64,000 bases of DNA, from NCBI RefSeq assembly GCF_009914755.1, contig NC_060939.1; one strand, 5' to 3'. This stretch comes from the human T2T-CHM13v2.0 reference genome, Homo sapiens. Position 1 is the stretch's first letter. Each line of letters opens with the position of its first letter. The notes beneath the pieces were generated by a model. That model made no database searches, was not told the DNA's origin, and saw nothing but the letters and a program-made list of their open reading frames with translations. The position numbers were made by a program, and so were the translations under genes. Positions 29,299 through 43,298 of this stretch are shown here, piece after piece.

Positions 29299-30643
29299 TA
29301 GATTTCTTTAGAAGTAGTGTCAGTAAAGTCCTGTCTGCTACATAGCTACTCAATAGTTGTTGGCTTTCATTTTATTTTTAAGATAGTGTAGAAAATAAAC
29401 TTGAGTTTCTGAGTTGTTATTAGCCTGATATCTTTACTAGCAATGAGCTTGAAAGTACATTTGTTTTTATGTTTTCGTATATTGTGAACAAATCCTTACA
29501 TAAAATATGTATATACACACATATGTATTGAGAATTATTTGATGCTTTGTAGATGGAAGGAAAAGATGAAAGTCATCTAGGATATTCATAAAAATAACAA
29601 GTATGAAGCTCTGGTAATGATTAGGGAAGCAGTCAGCTAGTAAGGGCCGTATTTCCTGTTTAGAGTTTCAGGTCCAGAGCCTGACTTCTCTGGGATACCA
29701 TCTGTTTCCAATCAAACTAGAATTTTGACCTTGTGTGGATTCATGAAATAAATCACTATTTTTTAAAAGAATGCATTTATACATTTTCCAAAGAATGCAC
29801 TGTACTTCTGGTTGATTTATAGCAAGCACATGACTAGGTGTTTTAAAATAATACTTTTTTGTTTTGCTAAACAAGAGTTCTATTCTTTAAATTAATTACC
29901 TAATGTTAATAATTTACTGTGTTTCTACAAAACTATAAGCCAGAGGATTTTATATATTCTAAAAAAAAAAGAGTAAACTCGGAAAGTTTCAATAGGAGCT
30001 ATCTTTGTAAGATACTTGATAAATATTATTAAAAGGTACACTAATGAATAACAGTGTTGGTTTATGTCAGAAACTCAGTGTTTTCCTTCTAAATCTTTCA
30101 CAAATAATTTTACCCTCAGGTGTCTTATGAAAAAATGGATATATGGGCTTAGTGAAGGGGGGGAGAGGGGAGCATTTTTAATGTTAATGTTTTAAGTTAT
30201 AGAGAATATTCAATTACATTTTACTAAAATGGGCTTAAAATTAGATATGGTTGTCTCTTCCCTTTTCATCACTTGGAAATGTTTTAAAGTAGCCTATGGC
30301 TACAACTAGGATACTAAGAACTAATAAAAGCACTTTTTCATTCACTGATTGCTTTAGTAAGGGCTCTTTGGACTGGGCCAGTGTTTGGTTGTGAACTTTT
30401 GGGTAAGCTTTCAAAAAAGATAAGCAAGTCAAAATATCTTTAAACTCATTAAAAAGTGTATGTTCAAGCTGCCCATATAAGCAGAGCTTTGGATAATGTA
30501 AGAAGTAGATTTAGATGGATGAGTGAAATTATTTAATCTCTATATAATTTTCTTGCCAGCTGTCTTTCAAATGTGAAAATAATTTTCTTTTGTGTCTGAT
30601 TTTAAGTAAAACAGTCTGAACATGGTATGTGGGTATGTGTGTG

Positions 30644-30646
<3 letters not shown>

Positions 30647-30680
<34 letters not shown>
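30647..30680. repeat. (TG)n microsatellite
   Basis: About 17 perfect TG units. Confidence 0.95.
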
Positions 30681-30681
<1 letters not shown>

Positions 30682-32022
30682 ACGTGTATAAGTTCAGTAA
30701 AATTAATTATGTAGGACCCTGAACCAGACTAACTCAAAATGAGTTTAGATTTTATTCTTTGGAAAGCACAGGTTACTGTATTACATTTCTCTTTGTTCTA
30801 CATTGGGAGGGGGGTAGGGGGAGCTTTGATAGTGGTATTTCCAGGCTTATGGTAGATGGCATAGCTGGTATGGTAGAGAGCCTGGAAAAATTGATAGTCT
30901 GTGCCTAATATAGGTCAAAGGTGACTTTTATGTTCTGGAAAAATATATAAATAAAGAGATGATATGTTGGCTTAGTCCTCCAAATCATAAGACCCTAGAC
31001 TTGTATGTATTTTATTTTTACCCACCTCTAGTTTTTAAAATTATTCTCTAGTAGTTATTAGAAGTCATTGGCAACATTATTATTTTGTGATGACTTCAGT
31101 TTTCTTCAATAAGAAAATCGTGGTATGTAATTACATTGTCTCAAGATTATATAAATGTATTATTTTAGTGTATATTGGGAAATGTCTGCTTGTCAATGCC
31201 TTAAAATAAAAACTAGCACTTTCATTAACATTTCTAGACTCTTAAGTGAAATATATGTCTTCACTTAAGTTATAGAAGTTTAATATACTTCTTGTCATGA
31301 ACAGGTTAAATTTAAACTATTTAATCTCATTTTATAGATTTATTTTAAAATGATAGAACAAAATAATATTTTGAAATACTAATAATAAGTTCACATTGAT
31401 TCATTTTTAACATCCCATTTCAGGTTTTATGAGAGAGTGACAAACCCTAAGTGGTCCTGCTCTTAAACAGAAAGCTTTCTTTCCCTTTTTTCCAGTTTTT
31501 TTTTTTTTAGTTTTCGAGTTGATTGCATATATTTAAGGGTATTTCAGATCTTTTAATAAAACTGAACAAACTCTAGGAAGAGACCAAAGAACTTTTTTAT
31601 ATTTTATTACCTAAAATTGTATGGCCAGTATTTTATTCTTGGATATGTAACAGACTTGGGCATGTAGGTGTAGAAAAGAAAAGCCAAAAATGTTAATGCA
31701 GTTTTTCCTACTGCTTAAAAAGAGAAGGGGTTAATGTTTTGTATTATATGTAATTTTTGTGTAGCTGTATTCTTTATCATGTTGTAAGGTATTAATGTGG
31801 GTTTATAGTAAGTATGAAAACTAAAACTATTTTGCACCTTATACTGTTTTGAAATATAAAAAATAGTAGAGAACAGTGGGTTTCTGAGGTTCCTTCTTTA
31901 TAAAGAACTCTGCCTGCATTCAGTTTTCTCATTAATTTGAGTAAATTTTGTCCTTTACACAGAAAGTGAGAAAAAAGTCTTGAGAGCAAAGGAAAGAAAA
32001 GTTTTGGGGGAAAAAAAGGACT

Positions 32023-32062
<40 letters not shown>

Positions 32063-33635
32063 AGATTCTGGAGTGCCTTACTCCATTTTTCTGACCAGTC
32101 TCCATTTTTCTTAGTTTTGGGACTAAAGATGCTACAGAGTATTCCAGGTATAAAAATTGCCACACAAACAGACATGATGGCCTTTTCATTGTATGAGGAA
32201 ATTATTTTAATCTTCTGAGAAACAACACAGAAATCCAAGTTTTAAAATTCAAGCTAGACGCACATTTTGAATATTAAGCTTCTTTGAATGGAATCTGGGA
32301 AAAAAAAGAAACTAATTTGATTGTAAGGGCTATTCTGTGGGAGGAACTGTGCTGGGAACTTTGTTTATCTGATTTAATTTTCACAACCACTGTCATTTAG
32401 CTGTTACTAGCTCATTTTATAAATAAGGAAAATGAGGTTCAACCTCACCTATTTTGTAAGTACTGAGGTCAGAATTTGAACCCAGGTCTATCTGTCCCCC
32501 AAAAGCACATTTTCTCCTTTGTATCATCCAAGGACATGTAAATTAGTCTCCATAGCAAAGGGCCAAACTGAATTTATCCTGACTACCCATTTACATTAAA
32601 ATATACTACATTGGATCCAATGTGTATTTGGATATGTAAAAATACATATATATACTACATTGGAAAGAAAACGTAACTGGGAAAAGCACAAGGCCACTCT
32701 TACAAATCTTTTGCATGTGTGGTCAGAGTAACAATTTCATGAATACTAATTGATGTGGTTAGTCAAGCAAATTTTTGTCAACTTTTGTTTAAGAATTTAA
32801 AATTAAAACTTTCAGATACGTTTTAGCAAGTCTCCTCTTCTAATAGAATTAATCATACTGAAAATTGGTTTAGCCATGGTTTTGGCACCTGCCTACCAAT
32901 GAGGTTTTTTTTTTTTTTTTTTTTTTTTTTAGAAATAGAGTAGCAAGTAAGTAAAATTACATTGTAAATACTTATAAGACTTATTTTTAAAACAAACATT
33001 TTCAGTTAATAAAAGAACAGAAACCGATGTGACTGTATACAGCTGCATTTCTGTTCTATTGGGGTATTTATTGCTAGTTAACATGAGAGAAGAATATACA
33101 ATTAAATTAATTCACATTTCCAGACTGTCCATGGGCCCAAAAGAGTTAAATCTAACATTTTTTATAATAGGGAAAACATGAAGTCATTTTTAAAATCTCT
33201 TAATATAGAATGCTAAAGACATTGAATGACAAGGACTTCAGCATAAACCTACTTCACATTTTTCCCCTTTACCAAAAATATCTGCGACTATGGTGTGTGA
33301 GCCCAAGAAAGTTTTCTTATCTTGATTCAAGTGAGTACAAATACTAGTGAGTTAAAACTAGCTCCTGCTAGTTTTACATACTAGAAGGTATGTTGTCACT
33401 GGTCAACTTTATGAATGTTTTTGAGAGAAATTTGTGTTCCTTTCCACTTGTATATCAAAGGGGATCAGGTGCAATATTGTTGAATCTAAATTTTTTTTAA
33501 AGTAGGTAGGTAACGTGTCAGTCATTGATTTGTTCAGTATATTATCCTAGCAAACAAGTTTCAAACCCTGTCCCTTAGAAATTCCATAATTGAAGAAAAA
33601 CATTGAGATTATTAGAAAAATGATAGCACTTATCG

Positions 33636-33755
33636 TAGAAAATCAGTAATATGCCCAGTGATGTTAATTTAAGATTAACTAAAATGTGCTTGATTTTCCT
33701 AGAAAACCAGTGATATGCCCAGTAATGTTAATTTAAGATTAATTTAAATGGGCTT
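33636..33755. repeat. Diverged tandem duplication with 64-bp period
   Basis: tagaaaa(t/c)cagt(a/g)atatgcccagt(g/a)atgttaatttaagattaa at 33636 and 33700. Confidence 0.85.
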
Positions 33756-34478
33756 AGAAGGAATTTTTCTCACAGTTGAAAACCAGTAATGTTCACCTGT
33801 GTTTGTTACACAGTAAGAGCAGCAGTTGGTTTTAAAATGCTTTGTATGAAAACTAGAATTCATTTTTCTTACTGTTGTTAGAAAAGAAATTTCATTTTAT
33901 TTTCCCTGGAAAATAAACATGTCTCTGGAAGTTTTTGGAAAGAGATATTGGTCCTTTTACTTAGGAAACTGCTGAAAATATAAACACATATTTATCCCTT
34001 TTACAGAATTTCAAGTTGTATTTTTAACAGGCTAATTAGGTAAAAAGAATCTTCCGTGGAGATGGCTTGTATGTGCCTGAGTCAGTCTTTGTACTTCAGA
34101 CGTTTTGCTTTATAATACCTGTGGTTTCAGTTCTTGTGGTATTTTTACTGGAACTATCTAAATATTTTCCCCCTCAGGCTTGAAATTACCATTAAAAACT
34201 CTAGTAGCAGATTGGAGTTTATGGCAGAATTTGCCATTTTATGTAATATGAAAATACTGAAAGCATTGAGATATTTATCAAATCTGTCATTTGTTGAAAT
34301 ATTCTTAGATATTAGGGAATTATTGAATTAGACTATCATTTTAATATTTATCTAGATTTTTAGGTTATTTTCTTTGGGATTACGTTGTTTAAATTTTGAT
34401 TACCGAAGGAACAAGGAAAGTGAGAAGGCCTAAGTTTCAGAAATTTTTAAATGTTACCATTTAGGTTACTGATATATG

Positions 34479-34512
<34 letters not shown>

Positions 34513-34801
34513 CGGAGTCTTGCACTGTCGCCCAGACTGGAGTGCAGTGGCAATGGTGTGATCTCAGCTCACTGCAAGCTCCGCCTCCCAGGTTCACATC
34601 ATTCTCCTGCCTCAGCCTCCTGACTAGCTGAGACTACAGGCGCCCGCCACCATGCCCGGCTAATTTTTTTTATTATTCTTTTTAGTAGAGATGGGGTTTC
34701 ACTGTGTTATCCAGGATGGTCTCGACCTCCTGACCTCATGATCCACCCGCCTCGGCCTCCCAAAGTGCTGGGATTACAGGCGTGAGCCACTGCGCCCAGC
34801 C
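34479..34801 (-). mobile_element. Alu (AluY-like)
   Basis: AluY diagnostics; TSD gatatatgcttttt. Confidence 0.93.
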
Positions 34802-35102
34802 AAGGATATATGCTTTTTATCTGAGGATGTATATAAGATCAGTATTAATACAAAATAACAGATCAGAATGATCTGAAAATGATCAGAAAAATATATAGGA
34901 AATGGTTTTTAGGAAATGTCTTTAATTTTCTCTGATATCTTCCTAGCACTCTAATACAAATGGGTATAGTTATTAAAGCAAAATTTTATTTACTCTTCTT
35001 AAAAGAGCCTCTTTTTACTAAATTCCAATCCCATAAAATTGAGAAAGAGACATGGGTTGTATATATTGCTACGTGTGGAACTTGCGTAGATTAATCAATT
35101 TA

Positions 35103-35275
35103 TTTATTTATTCATTTTTTTTTTCTTTTATTATACTTTAAGTTTTAGGGTACATGTGCACAATGTGCAGGTTAGTTACATATGTATACATGTGCCATGT
35201 TTGGTGTGCTGCACCCATTAACTTGTCATTTAACATTAGGTATATGTCCTAATGCTATCCCTCCCCCCTCCCCCC
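35103..35275 (-). mobile_element. Heavily 5'-truncated primate L1PA insertion (3' UTR end only)
   Basis: ttatactttaagttttagggtacatgtgcacaatgtgcagg...; perfect 15-bp TSD agattaatcaattta (35088-35102 and 35276-35290). Confidence 0.95.
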
Positions 35276-36049
35276 AGATTAATCAATTTAAATTAAATTA
35301 ATAATTTAAACACTAAAAATCTTAAAATTACCTAGTTTTTTGAATGCTGACTCTTAAATGTACATATGCTTAAAATTATAGGCCTAGAGTCTTAATTACA
35401 GTTTTTTAATATAGGGTTTGACCTGGGTTGGGATATTCTTTTATTAATATTTCATTGACCTAGACTTTTTTTTTTTTTCTCAAGGTTTTAGGTACTTAGC
35501 TAGATCTTGTAAAGTTTTTATTGTTTAATACTAAATATAATTATATAAGATACCAGATAAAGTGGATGTTCCTGAATATAATATCATATTTTCATTTTAA
35601 AATTATGATGGCAGGGCAAGTTAGCCAAATAATTTTGTTATGTTTTGTTACTTTGGTAAATTGATGTAAATTATGCTGAATATAATTTCTGTTATTGGCA
35701 CAGACCTTTCACATATTTGAGGCCCACATTAGCGTGTGTTAAAGTGTTTAATGATACTGAACATATGGGAACTTAAAGAGAACTGCTATTCAAACCATCT
35801 TGACAAAAGATCTAACAGAAGCCCAAACATAGTGAAATCTTGGTAATTAGTTCTGTGTTGGACCATGTTCAGAAAAGTAGGTAGCCTTCTCCATACTTCT
35901 TTATTCCAAATTAGGTGAAGGTGTTCTCAAAATGTTTCAGAATGTAGGCTGACTTTGGTTTTCTTAGGCCTTGAAGCACATAAGAATTCTAGAATATGTT
36001 TCAAAATAATTTATACAATCTTAAACTGCCGGATAAGAAGGATCTAAAT

Positions 36050-36241
36050 CTGCCTTGTTCAGTATAGTAAGCAGTAGCCACAAGCAGTATTTAAATAAAA
36101 TAAAATAAAATTTAAAATTCAGTTTCTCAATTGCACTATCCACATTTCAAGTGTTCAGTAGTCATGTGACTGATAGCTACTGTATTGTACAGCATAGATA
36201 CGGAACATTTCCATCATCACAGAAACCTATTGGACAATACT
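36050..36241. mobile_element. MER3 (hAT-Charlie MITE)
   Basis: aaaattcagtt...cacatttcaagtgttcagtag...gaacatttccatcatcacagaaa...tattggaca matches the MER3 pattern. Confidence 0.75.
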
Positions 36242-38959
36242 CATATAAAGCATTCTTCTTATTTTCTGTGGAAGGGTATCTCAATTAGGATATATAGCTA
36301 TTGTCACATACTAAAGAAAATTCCCATCTCTTCATCCCTTGGTACCTTAAAAAGTATCAGCCACCACACAGGCTGTAGATCTGATTTTTAAAGTATGGAT
36401 AATCACACCATGCTTTAACTTTGTCTTATCTGAATGTGACTAGATAAAAAGAAAAACTATCTTCTTTAGCAAAACCTCTGCTTCTTTGCATTTTTTCTCA
36501 ATAACAGAAAGTCATTACGCCTCCCTGCCTCACAAGAATGTTTCCAGTGTTAATTACAGGAAAGATGTATTGAAATCGAGAGCACAGTGCACAGCTCCAG
36601 CCTCTAGAGCTGAACAGAGTGTATGCCTTGAATTTGGGGTTATCCATATGACTAAACTGAATCATCTGAGCAGGAAAAAAGGGATCTGTCTTTGCCAGTT
36701 TGACTCAAATTTGTTGTATGAACTAAAACATTTTAAGGATAATTATGTAATCACTGTGAAGAGTAACTGTAAATATTCATCCCAAAGTATACTATCCCTT
36801 TTTAAAAGTTGCTTTACGGTGAGTGTGATGAGGACATGCAAGATATGATTTATGTGATTGCGTTGTTTTCAACAGACTTAATAGTGAAGGGGAGGTATCT
36901 GTTAGATTTTCTATTTTATTCTTCCAAGTTAGAACTGTCTGTTCACCACACATTCAAAATTTTTCTTAACACCATTCTTAGAGGGGAAAGTATAAGTGCT
37001 TGGGAAAAGAGTTGGTCCCATGGTAGCTACTGTGAGCTTGGCATTCTGAAAAGGAGGATAGAATTCTAAAGAAAATATCTACCACATTTTAATAGAACAT
37101 CTTAAATTACTTAATTTTACCCTTTTTCTATTCTCTTTAAAATAGTTTGACTCCTGGTAGATTTTAATTATCTTAAAGCATATATATTCCTTTCTCTTAA
37201 TTTTAAGATCGACTGTCATGATACAAAATCATCCTTCAGATTTAAACCAATGATTAGATCATTAACTAGGGGAAAAAAACTGGCATCTATGTTCAGGTGA
37301 TCAGATGACATAAGCAGTCTGATTTTAATTTGTGGCCAGTACTGATTGTAACCAAGAGAGACTTGCTCTTTTTGTGGAATTGGCTGACTATTTCCCTACA
37401 TCTGGAGTTAATAAAGCCTTTGAGACCACATCAGTTGTGCTTTGCCGCAAGAAGTCTTTGATCTGAAAAATCAAGACTGGCACAACTGCTGCTTCATAAC
37501 ATTGCATCTATGTTTTTGCAAGCTATAGTTAAGATACCAAAAGTAAAGTTATTTAGCTTATTTAGCCTGTGTTAGAAATGCTGGTAAATGTACCTCTTTG
37601 AAAGCCATATATTTCAAAACATTCTTATGATGAAAATTTTGAACTCGTGTTAATACAAAAATGATATAGTAGGATTTTTTTTTGCCATTTTCATTTATAA
37701 GGTCTGTCCTTTAAAAGTCCATTGTTTTCAAAATCTGTTTGAAAGAAATAGCATTAAAAACAAACTTTACCTCTAAAATGTGCCATTTTCTCCATACAAC
37801 TTCAAAATTTTTGCGTAAGGGAAGGCAAGTCTCTTTCTGTGCTTTGTGTGGTTTATCTTAGTTTTCTTGCTCTCCATGACAACCGTGAATAAACCATTTT
37901 CTGATCAGCATATTCTCTTTTATTTAGCAGCGATTTGTAAATCAGGAAAGTTTATCCTTTGACTTCCTTTTGTAATTGTAACCATTTTCAAAATTTAAAA
38001 ATGTAAGTATATTAGTGTGTGAAATACAGCGAATTGAATGGGAATAAGGATAAAGAAATATAAATTGATAAATTATGTAAAAATTTAAACTGACAAATTA
38101 TGTCCATTTTTGTGTGAAATGACACATCAAAACTGGAGTGTTTTCATAATTATCAAGTATGAGAGACTGACTTACTGTTTCAGTCTATAACCTGGATAAA
38201 ATTAGAGAATTTTATATTTCATACTTACATATCAAGGATGATGTGTATAGTAAGTGCACATTTGTGATAAAAAGCATGTGTTCGGGTGCTGTCTTCTAAA
38301 TTTGATTCACATTGTACTTTCTGGCTAGGTCTGTGGATTTATTCTGTTTTTTTGTTGTTCATGGTTTAGCTTGGCTTGAGGAAATCTATATAGAAAGGGG
38401 ACAGAGAACTTCTAGCTAGGGCTAAGTTTAGAAGATGAAACTTGATTAAAAGAAAATAGTCCAAAGTTCCTTTCCTGAAAACCTTATCTGCCTATCAGCC
38501 TGTACAATACATTGCAGACACATTGGTATATAGTCAGTTATTTTATTTCAACACAATCATTTGTGAAATACCTTTAAACCAGAAAAGTATGCTTATGAGG
38601 AACAAACCATTTTATCTGCCATATTCCCCAAACTAGGGGATCCTTCTAGATGATTCTTGGGAATATACTGTATCTTTTCTAAGACTTCTCAGGTACCACA
38701 GATGTGTGTTTTTACCTCTGGGATGTGAAAGGTAGGAAACAAACCTGAATGCCAGTCCATTTAAAAAAAAAAAAGTCACCTGTGCTAGTATTATCAGGAC
38801 TAGCACGAAGAGTAAAAATTGACTTTTTAACCTTTTATTTAGAATAAACTGTATATATAACTAAGCTCATGTTAGACGAAAACTGTAATGAACAGCATTT
38901 GAGTAGTGAACAGGTAATATTTAGCAACATAACTACTTCTGTTAGAATGAAAGGTGATA

Positions 38960-39140
38960 CTGTTAGCTATAACTTATTGCCTGCATACTTCGTACAAGGC
39001 ACTGTGCTAAACATTTTATATATAATTTCATCTGATCTGCCCATCAGTCTCCTCATGCAAGTAGTGTTAACACCATTTTACAAAAGAGGGAATTGAATCT
39101 TGGGAAGATTAGGGTAATTTGCAAGGGGTCTTTACAGTTA
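38960..39140 (-). mobile_element. MIR
   Basis: caaggcactgtgctaaacatttta...ccattttacaaaagagggaattga. Confidence 0.55.
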
Positions 39141-40384
39141 ATACCTCCAAGAAAGAATAAATTAATATAATTGACAGTTTATGTAAATAAAAAGTTGGGA
39201 TCCCATTTTAATCTGGGTGCGCTTCCTTAACTCTTTTTCTATTATTAGTCTATAGAAATATATGCTTGGGGTAAAATATCAAATTATGTAGAAGAACATA
39301 AAGTAAAAGTCTTCCTTCCCAATTCGAAGTCCAAAGAGGTAACCATTATTGAGTTTCTTGTGTGTAATTCTAGAAATTTTCTATGCTTATGCAAACAAAT
39401 TAATACATGATTTTTAAAATACATGCTTCCATAATGTTAATGTTATTCTGTTTCAGTCAACACTTAAAATTTTTATTTTGTTGAATTTTTTGTATCATTT
39501 CAAACTAAAACAAAATAATTTGTTTGTTTCATACACTGCTCATAATAGCTTACCTTTCTCTTCTTCCTGACTTCTGGTTTACTTCTATAGACTGTGCATC
39601 ACTTTAGATATTATTTGTTTTCCACCTTTGTTTCAATAGTTATGAGAATAGTGTGATCACATTTTGATCATTAAGGTTATTTGGCTGCCCATTTAGTTTT
39701 CCAGAGGAATGCAAATGTTGGCCATTTGCTAATTCAAAATGTTTATAGTTTGCTTATCTAAAGCAAGGGTTTATCAAAGGAAATTAATACTGCTCTAACA
39801 AATTAAATGAGATTTTTCTTAAAGCTTTGCCAGACTTGAAAGTGTACTGGAAATGTGTTTTTAATTTATTTGCTAACTCTACCAAGTTAAGGAAGTTCCT
39901 GAACAATTGTGTTGTGCCTTTGATAGTTACCCCTTAATAGTAACAAAGATAGCAATGTTTAATCAAACTCATGTTGATTTTATTTGGTGAATCTTGTAAC
40001 ACTGAAAAGAATGAATTTTATGAACCCAGATTTTATGTTATGCTATATTGAAAGGACATTTGTTTGCTCGATCAGATTTTGAATCCTGAGCCTATGTGAG
40101 GTTTGTGTTTGGTAAGCCAGCTCAATGCTTATTCAGTCACTTGGTGTAACTGTCATACCAAGATGCATTACAGAGATATTTAGAGTAGTAGTTTTCCCTA
40201 ATAACCAGCTTAAAAAAAAAAAACATGTGGATGGTAATTAAGTTTGACATTATTTATGTGGATTTAGGCAGTATTCTTTTCATTTGTGGTAGCCCTTTAT
40301 AAAAATTAGATAGGCCTTTTTAAGCCCCTTACAGAATATAGAACTCATTTTACATAAGTAATATGATAGTCATTTACATTTTAA

Positions 40385-40687
<303 letters not shown>

Positions 40688-41546
40688 TAATTGAATTATC
40701 TAGCAAACCATTGGAGTGCTGGTCCAGTATTGATTGAATTTATAAAGGTCTTAAATTGAGAAAAATTAATAGAGCTGTTCTTGCTCATTTTAGAATTGAA
40801 ATGTATGAAAGCTGTTAACTCTAGTTTCTTGTTTAATTTACGGATTCATATCATGCCTAGAATTACCAATATAAAGAAAGAGTGAATATCATAGAACAGA
40901 GTAAGACTTGTTAAGAGAGAAAAAGTGTTGCATTTCCTTTAATTCATGTCTAGCAAATCATTTTTATTTGGTCTCCTGTGGTTTTGGACTATGGGAAACA
41001 AATATATGGGAGCAATAAATTATTACATAAATGGTTCCTTGACTTTATATTGTTGAGTGGAGTCATTGCTGACACATTTCATTTGAAAGCTAACTATAAT
41101 ATGGTAATTATCAATTACTTAGTTTTACTATTAGAAAAACTTCTTTGTTCCACAGTTTCAAAATGTTTGATATAATGCACATTGCGTGTTATGCATTAAT
41201 AACTTTCTGTGTATGTATAAGTATACCACTTAACTAAAAATAAATCTAGCCTATTCCCAAATTTGGAATTTTTACTATCTTCCTTGATATGAATTGAGAT
41301 CTTCTGAAGATTTTTATAATGGCCTGCCTATTACAGCTTAGATTACTTTTTTCCCTAACTAAAATGTTAATTTCTTCTTTTTAAATAGTAATTTTACAGT
41401 TTAGAGGGAAGAACAGTGGGTAGAAGACTAGGTTGGAAAAGGGAGGAAAAATATCTGGAGGGTACCCCTTGAATTTTTATAAGCAACATCAAAATACAAG
41501 AAAATTTTTAGCTAAGGAAAATTTTATATTTCTCTTTTTGTCTTAG

Positions 41547-41686
41547 ATGGGACCCACAATTCTTCTGACCTTTGGAGTTCATCAAATGGGATGAGCCAGC
41601 CTGGTTTTGGTGGAATTCTGGGGACCTCCACTTCCCACATGTCTCAATCCAGTAGTTATGGCAACCTTCATTCACATGACCGCTTG
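41547..41686 (+). CDS. TCF12: TCF12 exon 10 ([47 protein letters not shown]), 140 nt
   Basis: ctctttttgtcttag acceptor and TTG|gtaggc donor; phase consistent. Confidence 0.97.
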
Positions 41687-41967
41687 GTAGGCTATAACAC
41701 GTGACTAGGGTACAGCAACACTTTGTCCTCACTTGTGTTTCTTTTTGGATTAGAAGTGTAAAATCTAAGTCTGCCAAAACTTCTGAAGTTTGAAGTACTT
41801 CAAGGCTTACCGCATTTACCATGCCTTTCTAAAAAATAAATGACAATAAGTAGTGCTCTTTAGCTGTAACTTGTAAATGCTCTTTTTGACCTGTTATCAT
41901 AGTTGTCCATTTTATGTGAATATTATTCAGAAAATATATTTAATAGATCATATCTCTTTCCATCTAG

Positions 41968-42112
41968 AGTTATCCTCCACACTCAGTTTCACCAACAGAC
42001 ATAAACACGAGTCTTCCACCAATGTCCAGCTTTCATCGCAGCAGTACCAGCAGTTCACCTTACGTTGCTGCCTCACACACTCCTCCCATCAATGGATCAG
42101 ACAGCATTCTAG
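41968..42112 (+). CDS. TCF12: TCF12 exon 11 ([48 protein letters not shown]), 145 nt
   Basis: tctttccatctag acceptor and TAG|gtgagc donor; [10 protein letters not shown]-protein motif. Confidence 0.97.
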
Positions 42113-42175
42113 GTGAGCTTTTTGAGTTGGCAAAACTTCCTAAAAGTTTGTGGACTTTCAGTGACCCCGATATCT

Positions 42176-42432
42176 TTATATATATATATGTATGTTTTAT
42201 ATATATAAATGTTATATATATGTATATATGTTATATATGTATATGTGTGTTATATGTATATATGTGTTATATATGTATATATGTGTGTATATATGTTATA
42301 TATGTATATGTGTTATATATGTATATGTGTGTTTTTTATATATGTATATATAGGTATATATGTATATATGTTTGTGTATATATGTATATATGTATATACA
42401 TGTGTATATATGTGTGTGTATATATATGTATG
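42176..42432. repeat. Complex (TA)n/(TATG)n/(TG)n simple repeat
   Basis: About 255 nt of mostly alternating purine-pyrimidine sequence, 64 nt downstream of exon 11. Confidence 0.95.
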
Positions 42433-42433
42433 T

Positions 42434-42733
42434 TGTTTGTTTGTTTGAGACAGAGTCTCTCTCTCTCACCCAGGCTGGAGTGCAGTGGCACAGTCATGGC
42501 TCACTGCAGCCTCAACCTCCAAGGTTGAGGAGGTGATCCTCCTGCCTCAGCCTCCCCAGTAGCTGGGACTACAGGCATGTACCACCATACTCAGCTAATT
42601 TTTTTTTACTTTTTGTTGAGACAGGGTCTCATTATGTGGCCGGGGCTGGTCTGAAACTCCTGGCCTCTAGTGATCCTTCCACCTCGGCCTCCCAAAATGC
42701 TAGCATTATAGACATGACCCAGCACACGTGGCC
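42434..42733 (-). mobile_element. Alu (AluJ-like)
   Basis: Reverse Alu consensus. Confidence 0.9.
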
Positions 42734-42735
42734 TC

Positions 42736-43032
42736 TTTTTTTATTTTTATTCATTTATGTATTTATTTTTGAGACAGGGTCTCACTCTCTCAGCTCTCTC
42801 ACTCTGTGGCTACAACCTCCGCCTCCAGGCTCAGGTGATACCCCAGCTTCAGCTTCCCAAGTAGCTGGGACTACAGGCACACACCACCATACCCAGCTAA
42901 TTTTCCATTTTTAGCAGAGATGGGGTTTGTCCACATTTCTCAGACTGGCCTTGAACTCGTGGGCTCAAGAGATCTGCCTGCCTCAGCCTCCCAAATTGCT
43001 GGGATTACAGGCATGAGCCACCGCGCCTGGCC
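42736..43032 (-). mobile_element. Alu (AluJ-like)
   Basis: Second tandem reverse Alu. Confidence 0.88.
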
Positions 43033-43298
43033 TTGGCCCCTCTTTCGATATATTTTTTAGTGTTGAATTTAAAAGTGAAAGACAGGAAGACAAGAAGCTT
43101 TTTTATTATCATCAATATAGACACTGGTAAAGACCTCATCTTTAGTTTATTAATAAGTACAACACATGTAGAGTATTTCCTAGTTTACTGTAACAGATGT
43201 GAGATGATGATAGAGAACACCCTTGGAATAATGGCAGAGTGCTAAAATATAATACTTGCTTGTAAAATTCTTGATTTATTTCTCTATGAAATATCCAG

